A stretch of DNA of 64,000 nucleotides from Blasia pusilla. Lineage: Eukaryota. Positions within the stretch are counted from its first letter, which is position 1, and every line of letters starts with the position of its first letter. The position numbers and the translations under genes are program-made. Below the pieces are notes generated by a model that searched no databases, was not told where the DNA came from, and worked only from the letters and a program-made list of their open reading frames with translations. Positions 52,684 through 64,000 of this stretch are shown one piece after another. The DNA lies in the NCBI GenBank assembly GCA_050084515.1, contig CM114271.1, forward strand, positions 27,776,001 through 27,840,000, written 5' to 3'.

Positions 52684-53197
52684 TAAAGTAAGATCCAATC
52701 TCTCTCTACACCATCTCACACCATAGCTCTCAAAGGTGTGCACTCTCTCTCATGTCAAACCAAACCCACTCTCCTAATGAGAGGTTTGGGTTACACTCAC
52801 AAGGCAAGGGACCATGGCTCCGCCGCCTCATGCCAAGAGATTCAACAAAAAGAGAATGAGCTCTCAAGCTCTCTCTCCTTGAGGTATACCCCTCCCTTCT
52901 CCCAAGCTCTCTCCATGGTAACCTATTCTCCCAAGTCACCTCCTTGGCTCTTGACTTGATGTAGGAGGTCAAGAGCCACTTACCAAAAATAGAAAGTTGA
53001 TCATATACTCAAAATCGTATTTATCTAAAATAGTAAGTTATTCAATATGGCTCCAAATGAGCCGAAACGAAGGAGAAACCTGCTCTCTCAGGTTTCCCGG
53101 GGCCTCAACAGGTCATCCTTGACCTTTAGAGCCTGTCCTCCACTACTCACGAAGGCGCTCTACTAGATCTCACTGATCTATCCTAAAAGACGTGATA
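52684..53197 (-). repeat. 5' terminal repeat consisting of B only
   Basis: taaagtaagatccaatc...cgtgata repeats 43192-43706; A absent. Confidence 0.9.
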
Positions 53198-53630
53198 GGC
53201 TGCTCGTGGCATGCCAATCCTATTGACCACAGTCAACGGCGGTCGATCATCATGCCTCACTGCCTATGATAGACGATCAGGATCCATAATGGAATCCACT
53301 ATCAAATGGGAGATCCGCTCCACTCTCGCATAAGCCCTCCGCAACACCTCATGTGGCATCAAGTTGGTCCACCATAGATGCAAGCAATGTGCTCATAATC
53401 CTACACTCGACACATCCAAAAACATTGTTAGGCCAATCCATGTGCGCACTTGATGTGCACTCCTCATCACACGTGACCTCAAATGGCCCAAAATCAACAC
53501 ATTCTCTAGAATGTATGCTGGAGAATGCGACTGATGCTCTTGCAAGTGTCGCAAGATCCTCATCATCTCCCAAAAAAACCTCGATCAAGTATCAGCCTAC
53601 TTGCTACCTTGTCCAACACTCAACTAGCCA
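53198..53630 (-). mobile_element. Older DNMT-gypsy relic, right part (continuation of 42760-43063)
   Basis: Matches ~47645-48070 (methyltransferase TRD, motif VI ENV, downstream of motif IV). Confidence 0.8.
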
Positions 53631-56600
53631 GTCTAGATGAGAACTCTCCTTCATCCACTCTTAGCTTCACACTGTGGTCCAACAGTGTAGAGATTGGCTT
53701 ACAAGTCGTGATATCATATTTTGAAAGCATATAAAGAGCATATTGTCGTTGTAGTAACCACATGCTCTTTCCAACCTTTATAAACTCAATACCAAGGAAG
53801 TACTTGAGCTCTCCCAAGTCCTTCATATCAAATTCTGCTTTTAACTTAAGCTTGACTTTTTGTACCATTTCTTCAGTACTCCCAGTAATCACGAGTAATC
53901 AATATACAACACAATGAGAATCGTATGATTCTGTCCTCTCAAGACATATAACAAAGAGTCATACTCACAAACCCTAAATCCCAACTCTTGTGGAACGTAC
54001 GTAATCTTGTCATACCAAGCTCTAGGAGCTTGTTTGAGCCCATATAGAGCTTTCTTCAACGTACATACGTGAAATGGAAACTTGGGATGCTCGTATCTAG
54101 GTGGTTGAGTCATATATACCTCCTCGTATAGATCTCTATTCAAGAAGGCATTCTTGACGTCCATGTGATGTAATCTCCACTTCTTACTTACTACAACTGC
54201 AACCACTTTTCTCGTAGTCGCCATCTTTGCAACAGGGCTAAATATTTTCTTATAATCGATGACATATTGTTGTGCATAGCCCTTAGCCACCAATCTCGCT
54301 TTGTATCTGTTAATTGTACCATCTTGATTGCGCTTGATTTTGTAAACCCATTTGCAACCAATAGCTTCCTTACCGAAAGGTATATCAACCAGCTCTCATG
54401 TTTGTTGATGTCTTAATGCAGCAAGCTCTTCCTCCATAGCTTCAATCCATTCGACTTTACTTGCAGCTTCTTCAAAACAACTCGGCTCTTGTTCTTGAAG
54501 GGTAGTCATCATATATGCATCATGTGCCGCAAGGAAACCTTTATTTATGAATCTATGAACTGGATGTGTAACTCTACTTGATCTACAAAGTTGTTGTTCA
54601 GAGGTAGATGCCTCTGACACCTGACTCAAGCTCTGACTAGTGTCAACAGACTGAATACGCACTCTTCCCATTCATGGACTCACAGATTTAACTAATGAAT
54701 CTAGGACCTCTCCTAATCCTGCACTAGTACTTGAGGAAGTTGAAGACAATGTCTATTGGTTTACAGTCATATTCTCCCCCTCAACAGACGAGTTTAGAAG
54801 GGGAATAGGCTCAGATGGAGCATACCATGACTTTAGTTCATCAAAGACAATATCGCGACTAATAATAAGTTGCCTAGAGGATGGAATGTAGCACTTATAT
54901 CCCTTAGTTCCATCAGCATAGCCAATGAAGATACACTTTTAGAATTAGGGTCTAATTTTTGATGTCTCTCAGAAGGAACATGAGCATAACGAATACAGCC
55001 AAATACTTTCAAGAAGGAGAAATCAGGTTTCCTTCCTATGAAGACTTCGAATGGGGTTTTATCATGAACTCCTATTGTTGGAGTTTGGTTGATTAAGAAG
55101 ACTGCACATGCTACAACCTCTACCCAATATACCTTAGGCATGTTCTTCTCATTCAACATAGCTCGTGTCGCTTCAGCAATATGTCGATTCTTCCTCTCAG
55201 CCACTCCATTTTCTTGTCGAGTGTAACGGCAAGTCACTTGACGTTGGATGTGATTCTAACGTAAATAGTCATCAAACTTTGTTGAAAGATACTCTCCTCC
55301 TCCGTCACAACGCAATTTCAGAATGTGTTCTATAGTGTGCTTCTCTACTAGAACTCTGGATATTTAGAACACTGAGAATACCTCTGACTTGGCTTTAAGA
55401 AAGTATACCCATATATACCTAGAGAAGTAATGAACAAATGAAACAACGTACTTGCAACCACTAAGGCAATATTGTGATATTGTCCACACATCACTATGGA
55501 TCAACTCTAATATCCTAGATGCTCTTCTACCTTGCTTTGGAAAAGGAAATCTAGCTTGTTTTCCAAATTGGCAAACACGATAAACCTCTAACGTAGTAGG
55601 ACTCCCTAATTTAGGAAGTCCTATTACTATATTAGATGATGAAAGATTCTATAATCTTTGAAGATTCATATGTCCAATTCTTTTATGCCACACATTTAGA
55701 TCTGTGACTTGTTGGCATGTTTGACCATACATTATTGTTTGAATCTTATTTGAACATTCTGCCAGATCTAGTTCCTTTGGCTATCGTAGTGTGGTCAACC
55801 ATTATTTCAATGAAACAACCATCTGCGTTAAACTTCAGTTGATAACCCTGTTCTACTATCTGTCCTACAGAGATCAGATTTATTGCAATGGTAGGAACAT
55901 AGAGAACGTTTCCAAGAGCACAAAGACCATCTGATGCTATTGGAACTTTATCGGTATGCGTGATATGATGTTGAGTGTCATCTCTGTCACGACTGTTAGG
56001 ATAGATCGGTGGGATCTAGCAAAGCGTCTGCACGAGTAGTGGAAGACATACCCAGGAGGTCGAGGATGACCTGTTGAGGCTCCGAAAAACCTGAGAGAGC
56101 AAGTTTCCCCTTCGTTTCAACTCATTTGGAGCCATATAGAGAAACTTACTATTTCGAGTAAGTTTCGATATTGGGGATAGTTGACTTTCCACTTTCAGAA
56201 GTGGCCCTTGACCCGCTACAGCAGGTTAAGAGCCAAGGAGATGACCTGCGAGCATAGGTTACTATTGAGAGGGCTTGGGAGAGGGAAGGAAATATACCTC
56301 AAGGAGAGAGAGAGCTTGAGAGCTCATTCTCTCTTTGTTGAACCTCTTGGCATAAGTTGGCGGAGCTATGGTCCCTTGCCTTGTGAGTGTAACCCAAGCC
56401 TCTCATTAGGAGAGTGGGTTTGGTTTGACATGAGAGAGAGTGCATACCTTTGAGAGCTATAGTGTAGAGAGAGATTCGATTTTACTTTATTGGAGATATT
56501 TTGGTACTTCTCACCTCTGTGTATGGATGCCATGAGTTAGCATGGGATCGTGTGTGTTTGTGTGTGTATTCGATGACAGCGATGTATGTTGTGTAGCGAT

Positions 56601-56858
56601 GTGCATGCACACGATATCTCCTGTGAGCACAATTGCAGGATCTTTCACCGGCTCCAAACTACTAAACTATTTAACTTGTGAGGTCATGTGATTTGATGCA
56701 CCAGAGTCAATATACCAATCTGCTGTCGAGTTTTTCTTGACCATTGTTGCCATATGATGAGTCATAACCAAGAGATGCTCTGGTTGTGAATGTTGTTGTT
56801 CTTGGTACTGCTATTCGTATTGTTGCTCCACATAGTTTTGTTGCTATAAGGCTCTAGT
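53631..56858 (-). mobile_element. Ty1/copia internal fragment (protease-integrase-RT), same family as 3986-14318
   Basis: QENGVAERKNRHI (integrase); LVAKGYAQ, MDVKNAFLN, LKKALYGLKQAPRAW, FDMKDLGELKYFLGIE (RT); 55775-55984 and 56617-56853 closely match 12381-12825. Confidence 0.9.
55985..56616 (+). repeat. Solo terminal repeat (B+A, 632 bp) of the DNMT-gypsy family inserted in copia
   Basis: Reverse complement of 43064-43706; tgtcacg...cacgata termini; TSD TCTC (55981-55984 / 56617-56620); the empty site gtcatctcct is visible in the other copia copy near 12583. Confidence 0.9.
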
Positions 56859-59800
56859 TGTCGCGCCCCTACTCTCCTTGAACGCCAATCTTTAGTGTTG
56901 CGGAAGCGTACGTTCAGTAGGCCACAATCTCATCGCCGATCTGCACCCAAACATGCGCTCTCGTTAGTCGGTCTCGGCCAACCAGCGTTCCAACCCACTG
57001 AGTTCTCACTCGACGTCTCATCAAGCTCAACCTTCCTTAATTCCTAGTTTCCAAAACATGGCAAGTCCTTCAAGACTTGGAACAAACTTCCTGGTTAGTC
57101 CAGGGATCTGAAACGGCACTTTCGCGCCTAGCGATCCCAACTATTCAACGGACCTCGTGTGAGCTCCAAACCGAGACCCAAGTTATTGAGTCGCGGGGTG
57201 AAATCCAAGAGGGATGTCTAAAATCGCCTCGATAGACTTGGTGCAGGTTTTCCAACCCAACTCCCAAACTCGCGTTCCGTTCCATGCCCTTGAGCCGCCC
57301 AAAGTGGGGTTCGGGTTCCAAGCACTCTCGCAGACCTTCCTCTTTACTAGTACTTCAGGGGTTCTCCAATAACCCGCCCCCTCTTGAAACGGAGGGTCGG
57401 GCCCTTCATTGTGGCCCTCAACCCGACTCCACTTACACTCGTTTCCGGGTTGTTTCTCAACCGCTGCATATGGGTTTGCAGATATCTTTAGTGTGTTTGA
57501 ACCGGCTTTCCATAAGTCTTCTAACACACCCTTGTTCAATCAAAACGCATCTTGGCGCTAAAAGTTATGGCCACAAATACAGTCAAAAACTCTCAAACGC
57601 TAGTGGCATTCCAAATCCGGATTCTTCCTTTGGCACCCCACTTCCTAGACTCAACTCCTTTCAAGTCTTGATCCGCGTTTCGTCCAGGTTTCCCAGTTAC
57701 GACCATCACATCTGAAACGCAAAGCCTTGCTTGCGTCTCGTCTCTTGTCTCTTCTTCGAGACCACTCCAACGCGCAAACCATCTTAGCGTGAGCCCGCCA
57801 ATGTTTCGATGTTCCGCTTTGGCACTTGTTTGGTCATGAGGGTCGCGACACTCATCCCTCTTTAGAGGTTGATGCCCTGATCAACGCAAACCTTTGTTAT
57901 GTCAAGTCTCCTGGGCAGCCTACCCCTTGACATTGAATTGCGTTCTGGTGGCTAACCCGCAATTCCTCTTAGTCTATAGTTGTTGCTTTGCCCCACTTAG
58001 AATTATTAACCTCTCCTCTTTGATAAGCTTGGACTAGTTGAAGGAACTAACCTATCAAATAAGCTAACTAAGTGTGCAACCTTAGACTCTTCTAACTCAT
58101 TCCTATAAACATCACACTTGTTTACCTAGTCTACAAATCGTACTACTTTTGGGTCGCTCTCGTATTCGATTTAGGCGCGTCACTAAGTTTACTTATGTAG
58201 CCACAAGTAAGATCACCCCAAGCCCCAAGATAGATTCATCTGCCCCGCCGACGCTAGGGCGAGCCCGAGCGTAATCCAACCCAAGGTCCTGTTCTAGGTG
58301 CTTATCCACATACGATCTCTCACCTCAAATACTCCTTTTCTGTCCTCTTGACTTACATCCTAAGCCTATGATGAACAACTCATAGCCATGCACTACCACA
58401 TACAAATTGCAATCAACTCTGGAATCGAATCTCCAAAATCCATACACTCCTTTATTGCAACACTAGCATATTCTGGTTACAACGGCCTTTGGCCCAAGAT
58501 TCCAATGGTTACAAGTCATGACTCTAGCTTCTCCTCATACTAATGTATGTGCTTCGCTTGCGTTTGCTTGAAGTCTCGCAACAACTCTTGCGCATTTTCC
58601 AAATCCGCCTCCGCAATCCAAGTTGCCTCCTTCACATGGTAGCCCTTCCATTTTACCAAGTATTCATACTTGTTGGCCCGACGCCTCGAACGTAAGATGG
58701 TCTCCATCTCAAACTCCGGCTCTTCATTTATGATCACCGAGTGCGGTCTCACCACCTGTCTCCGCTCGAAACGTCCATTATCTTGAAGATATTTCTTCAA
58801 CAATGACACATGAAAGGTCGGGTGAATCTTGAACTTGTCCGGCAGCCTCAACGTATACACATCCTCAAACGGGTTTGCCACAATCACATACGGTCCAGCA
58901 TACTTGGCAGACAGCTTCGCAGACACCTCTTTCGGAAGAGTGAGGTTCTTCACACTCAACCACACTTGCTCTCCAACTTGGAATCGGTGTTGGCGCTGAC
59001 TCTTGTTAGCATGCTTAACGTACCTCATTTGAGCCTTTGCAAGACTTCGCCTTGCTTGCTCTTCCCGTTCTCGCATCTCCACCAACAAACCTTCTGCCGT
59101 CGCTTGTCGTGTTCGTGCCAATGTAGTACCCTTCGAAAGGGCTAGGTCAAGAGGCCCTTCTGGCTCTCGTCCATTTGCCAGGAGAAACGGAGATTCTCTA
59201 GTTGCAGAATGCTTGGTCGAGTTGTAGCAGTACTCCGCCATGCTCAGCCACTTGACCCAATCTCGTTGATCAAGATCGACATAATTCCTTAATCTTGATT
59301 CACGATTGAGTTTACCTTTTCAGTCTGTCCATCCGTCTGTGGGTGGAAAGTTGTACTGAAACTCAGCTTGGCCTTAAACCTTCTGAACAAGTGCTTCCAG
59401 AAAGCACTGGTAAACTTTGGATCCCGATCTGAAACAATGCTCCTCCGAAAACCGTGAGCACGCCACCAGCTATCGAGAAACAGTTGCGACGTCGTATAAG
59501 TCGTTGCGGAATCCACCGTCGGCACGAATCTCGCCAACTTGCTAAACCGATCAACAATCACAAGTATAGCATTGTATCCCTCAGATTCCGGAAGCCTCGT
59601 GATGAAATCCATACACACACTTTGCAAGGGTCCTTCTGGGATCGGCAAGGGATGCAGCAAGCCTTGTTTCTTATCAGAAGAAACTCTTTTCGCTTGGCAG
59701 GTCACACAGGTCTTCACATATTGAGCAACATCCTCTTTCATGTTGGGCCAAAAGAACCGCTTTGACAGAACAGCCAGCGTAGATTTCTCTCCTTTATGTC

Positions 59801-60801
59801 CTGCCAAGGGTCCGTCGTGACACTCCGTTAACACTTTGGTTCGCATCTTGCCTTGCCCTACATAGATCCTACTCTGCTTGAACCTTAGTAAACCGTGCCT
59901 CAAACTTATGTTGGCCACCTTCTCACCCTGCTTCAACTTCCTCAGGTATTCCTTTGCGTGAGCATCCTTCATATATCCTTCACAAATCCTTCTTTCTAGG
60001 TCTGTTTCTTTAGGGAACATTGCTCTCAAGACCTGTGTCTTTGATGGCATGTGTTCCTCCTTGCGACTCAACGCATCTAGAATCACATTATCTTTACCTG
60101 GCTTGTGAATCAACTCAACATCCATCAGCGCCAAGGTATCATGCCATCGCAGTTGTTTCGGTGTCACTCAATCCTGGGTCTCAAAATACTTGAGTGATAT
60201 ATTATCGGTGAATACTCGCGTCCTGTGGAGCCCTAGATAATGCCGCCACTTCCTCAAGCAATGTACCACCGCGAACAACTCTTTCTCGTGAGTGGGCCAT
60301 CTCCTTTCAGTATCGCTAAGCTTCTTGCTCTTGTATGCTACCGGTCTCCCTTCTTGCACCAACATTCCTGCAACCGCGAAGTCACTAGCATTGGTATGCA
60401 CTTCGAATGGTTTGTCAAACTCCGACAGCTTCAATACTGGTTCCTGCGATAGAATCTGCTTCACTCGGTTGAATGCCTCATTAACTTCGTGGGTCCAAGT
60501 CGTGTTGGAAAACTTTGTTGTCCAATCTGTGAGAGGTCTCACAGTTCCCGAAAATGTTTTCACATAAGTGTGATAGAACTGCACCGCACCTATGAACCTC
60601 CTCATCCCCTTTACAGTGGATGGGGGTTCCCACTCAACAATCGCTTTCACCTTCTCCATGTCTAGACTGACGCCATCTGCACTGACCACGTGACCCAAGA
60701 ATTTGATCTTGCTCAAACCAAATTCGCTCTTCTCTACATTCGCATACAGTTGATTTGCCCTTAGCTTAGACAAGACCGCTCTCACATGTCGAACGTGCTC
60801 C
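56859..60801 (-). mobile_element. 5'-truncated chromovirus copy 2 (3' LTR 56859-57850, PPT, RT-RNaseH-INT-chromodomain)
   Basis: Collinear with 5040-~8972; long ORFs 58540-59241, 59289-60167 and 60168-60803. Confidence 0.93.
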
Positions 60802-61156
60802 AAAACTGACCTCCACTTGCTTTCACTTTTATCTTTGGGACGTGAGGTTACAAATGATACTTACGATTGTAATCATAAGGGACTAGAGCAAGGATGTCAC
60901 AAGCCATGCACTAAACTTTTCTACTATTTGACGCACGTTCCAAGTTAAGGAGAAGATAGCAACTTGATCTACAGTTTCTTGGTTCACTTCAAACATATTT
61001 CTATCACTAGAATCACAAGATTCTAGTTTCAACTCTTCTATATTTCCCTATTTGGACTTGCTCCAAGCTATTTGAAGAATGGATCATCTATACCTTTCCC
61101 CAGTCACTACTCATAAAGGATTTTTCAAACAGCTAGTTGAGTATACATACAATATC

Positions 61157-61158
<2 letters not shown>

Positions 61159-61225
<67 letters not shown>
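61159..61225. repeat. (AG)n microsatellite, about 33 units
   Basis: Uninterrupted agag run. Confidence 0.98.
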
Positions 61226-61226
<1 letters not shown>

Positions 61227-61229
61227 GAA

Positions 61230-61617
61230 ATGAAGCGTTGGAAGCTTCTCCGGATAAGCTTTCCAATGCGCCTTTACTTATCTTGAATACATCTCAGGGC
61301 TAAACGCTATGGTCCGAAACACAGTCAAATTTCCAAACGCTAGTTGTGTTCCAAAATTGGTTCTCATCTCTTTGGCAACCAACCTTCCAAGATTCAACTC
61401 ATCTCAAGTCTTAGTTTGCGTTTGGTCAAAATTTTTTGGTTGCGACCACTAACGCATGAAACACACAACTTTGTTCCGCGTTTCGTCTCTTGGACTTTTC
61501 CAAGAAACCTTTCCAAAATCCTCTCCAAAGTACGATCATCGTAGCATGAGTCCACTAGAGTTTTGATGTTCTACTTGGCGCCTATTTGTTGTTTGTTTGG
61601 TTATGAGGGTCGCAACA
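61230..61617 (-). repeat. Diverged chromovirus-related LTR fragment
   Basis: ataagctttccaa...tttggcaacc...gtttggttatgagggtcgcaaca resembles ~5700-6041. Confidence 0.7.
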
Positions 61618-62419
61618 CTTGGGAATAATCAAGATGGATGATTGTGCTATGAGATAAACTACAAATTGCAAATGGTGGTGAGATTTATGAGCAATCAACC
61701 ATAAGACATAAAAACGTAAGGCAAGAAGCCAATGAGGGGTTGGTAATTCAAGAAAGGGCAAAAGGAGCTAGGAGATTCAATAGAATTCAAAGTCTTTATG
61801 GGGTTCAAATAATGGAACGCAGAGTTTGGATGTCCGATCCACCTTTGCATTAGGGCCAAAAGTAGTGGCATGGGTGGATATTTAGTATGGAAATGGGACC
61901 AAAAATGAAATGATTTTTTACCTCAATAAGAAAGGTGAATTTTCAAATTATTTCTAGTGGAAAATAATGAGGAATAGAGACTATGTTGTGAGCATATGGA
62001 ATGTTACACAATTCACATTGATGTTCACATTTGCATAACAAACACCATCAATCTTCTTAGCGCACGAATAGATCCAAACACACATGAAAAGAAACTCATT
62101 TAGGTGCACCAAGGCCACACAAAAAAATGACTAACATGGCCAACTCCACTCTCAAAATCCACATATCCATTTGGAGCTATGAGGGAATCTGAACTCTAGA
62201 GCTTAAGCTCCCACAAAATCCCAAAAAGATGAGTGAAAACATGAGAAATAAGGTTTTTCGAAAACCTTCCAACCTCACCCGCCCATTCATGACAAATTAA
62301 TGTCCAAAAAATTCTTGGAAGAAAGAATGAGCAAAGCACCGGCAAGGGCCTACAAGGTCCTTTCTACCACGTGATTTTCTCTAGTCTTCACACAACAATG
62401 TAGAAACTTAGGGATCTAA

Positions 62420-62965
62420 ATTATGGCGCAGTGAAGAACCTGTATGGATGATAAAAGCTTCTTGAAAGCAAGAGAACACTTCCCTATCATCCTCAAGAAG
62501 TCCTAGTTGAATAGCAACTTCCTTGAACATTGGACTTAATACCCCTTGAACAATTCTTAAGCATTCGTATGTAGTTGCTCCTCGAACATGATGGACGAGC
62601 AATCTCAACCAATGACGTTCTCCTTCACTTATGAAAAAGTTAAATAAATTAGCCCACATTCCAAAAAAAATACATCGCTTTAGAGGATAATATATATTGC
62701 AAATATACAAAGAACTTTTATTTGGATAAGTAAGGTATAAGCGGCCAATGGGATGGCCACAACCATTTACATTCTGTACCCTACGAATCCATTTCTTGTT
62801 GCTCCAACGATAATATGGAGGAAAATCTAAATATAGATTTTGTCGAGCATTAGAATCAGATAGATTGGTTACAAACCATTATGTCAAATTTGTCTTTCTT
62901 TTTTGTTGCAGAATATCTTCTGGAGCCTCAGTATCATTCAAGTAGACTATTTGTTGCTCTGGAAG
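62420..62965 (-). pseudogene. Helitron Rep/helicase fragment
   Basis: LT*WFVTN...LYLDFPPYYRW...IGRLY; GERHWLRLLVHHVRGATTYECLRIVQG...FKEVAIQLGLLEDDRE. Confidence 0.85.
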
Positions 62966-63043
62966 ATCCAAGAGGAACCCATAGGGCCATGGGACTTAGT
63001 TTTGCAAAAATGACAAAAATTTGAAAGAAGCACTAGCAAGGGC

Positions 63044-64000
63044 CTAAGAGATCCTTTGTGTTAGGTTATTTTCTCTAGTCCACACACAACAATGTGACAA
63101 TTTAGCAATTTGAATCTGATTTTTCCTAGCCACGAATTCAGAGACTTTGAGAAATGGATGAGCAAAGAGATTTGGGAAGTCAAGTCTAATGTGATTGTGA
63201 AAGGTGCAATGGAAGAGGTAATGATGTTCATCATCAATGAGCCTCGAGTTGCAAAATCTACATAATTTTTCCTCCCTTTTCTTCGGTGATAATTTCAAGG
63301 TGAGTTGAGCCACATCTAAATCTCACTAATGTATGACATAACTTAGTGGGAATGGTGGCAAAGATATAAAAGGCTTGATGTATGGATCTGATAGTGTTCA
63401 TGAGGGTGTGGTAGCGCCTCATACTTTCTCCATTTTTTTGAGATATATACTGCCTAGTTTGGTTGGGAGGAACCATTGGGAGAAGCATAAATCCATAATG
63501 CATTGTCCACCACATACCAGATTCAGCCAATATCATCCCCTGGTATGAGGCCAAGGAAGACACAAGTATCTGAGTCATGTTCTCTACCCACGCTTTCAGT
63601 TATATGTGCAAAGGAATCTCTTGTCGAGACCCCTCCTAGAACCATAAGGATTGCATCTCCATCATAACTTCTACCTCACGATCCTACAAAATCTCCATAT
63701 GAATCTATTGTGCACGATAGCCAAATTTTGGACTCTCGTGTTCTATCTTTGAGGCAGAGTTCGTAAGGTTACATTTAGCTAACCCCTTCAATACCATCAC
63801 ACAACGACTAAAATATCTGATACAATTACAAAAAATCATCCCTCCATACCAAAAACCAATTATAATGATATATTTCGCAACCCTCCTCTCTCAGATTATC
63901 ACACTGGTCTGCTTCAATTTGGCAATAACAATCCCACTTATGAGCCCAACCAACCATCCACTCAACCTTTCCACACACCTTTTTGCCACACCACAAAATC
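63044..64000 (-). mobile_element. LINE ORF2 C-terminal remnant (RT tail plus zinc finger)
   Basis: LVRFRCGSTHLEI...KLCRFCNSRLIDDEHHYLFHC (CxxC...EHH..F.C zinc-binding tail typical of non-LTR elements). Confidence 0.7.

Larger units (their letters stand above)
43064..53197 (-). mobile_element. Ty3/gypsy-like retrotransposon encoding Gag-PR-DNMT3-like methyltransferase-RT-RNaseH-INT-PHD, with split terminal repeats
   Basis: TSD GGCT (43060-43063 / 53198-53201); repeat A at 43064-43191 and 43709-43836; repeat B at 43192-43706 and 52684-53197; domains recognised in ORF fragments 44009-50827. Confidence 0.9.

Noticed and set aside
43064-53197. Classification as a DIRS/PAT/Ngaro element because of the split repeats and methyltransferase
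   Set aside because: It encodes a DDE integrase and a protease remnant, has TSDs, shows no tyrosine recombinase, and its MTase is C5 (PC/ENV) rather than the adenine-type domain typical of DIRS

Overview
Eukaryotic nuclear DNA from a land plant. An IRX10-type xylan synthase together with a dynein roadblock light chain points to a lineage with flagellated sperm (bryophyte, lycophyte or fern most likely). A gene island at about 24-42 kb holds an intronless plastid-type PH-like membrane protein gene, a 4-exon GT47 IRX10-like gene, a 3.2-kb non-autonomous Helitron carrying three captured 5-oxoprolinase exons, and a 5-exon roadblock/LC7 gene. It is flanked by nested retrotransposon blocks: Ty1/copia elements invaded by chromodomain Ty3/gypsy elements, plus LINE and Helitron relics. 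The standout is a 10.1-kb Ty3/gypsy-like element (43064-53197, minus strand). Its polyprotein reads Gag-PR-[DNMT3-like C5 cytosine methyltransferase]-RT-RNaseH-INT-PHD. It has 4-bp TSDs, no recognisable PBS or PPT, and a split terminal-repeat layout (B-internal-A-gc-B-A) resembling PAT/Ngaro elements although it encodes a DDE integrase. Three older methyltransferase-bearing relics, a solo repeat and a decayed terminal-repeat fragment of the same family also occur in the window. All TE ORFs here are disrupted. Calls come from manual motif reading; no database searches were run.
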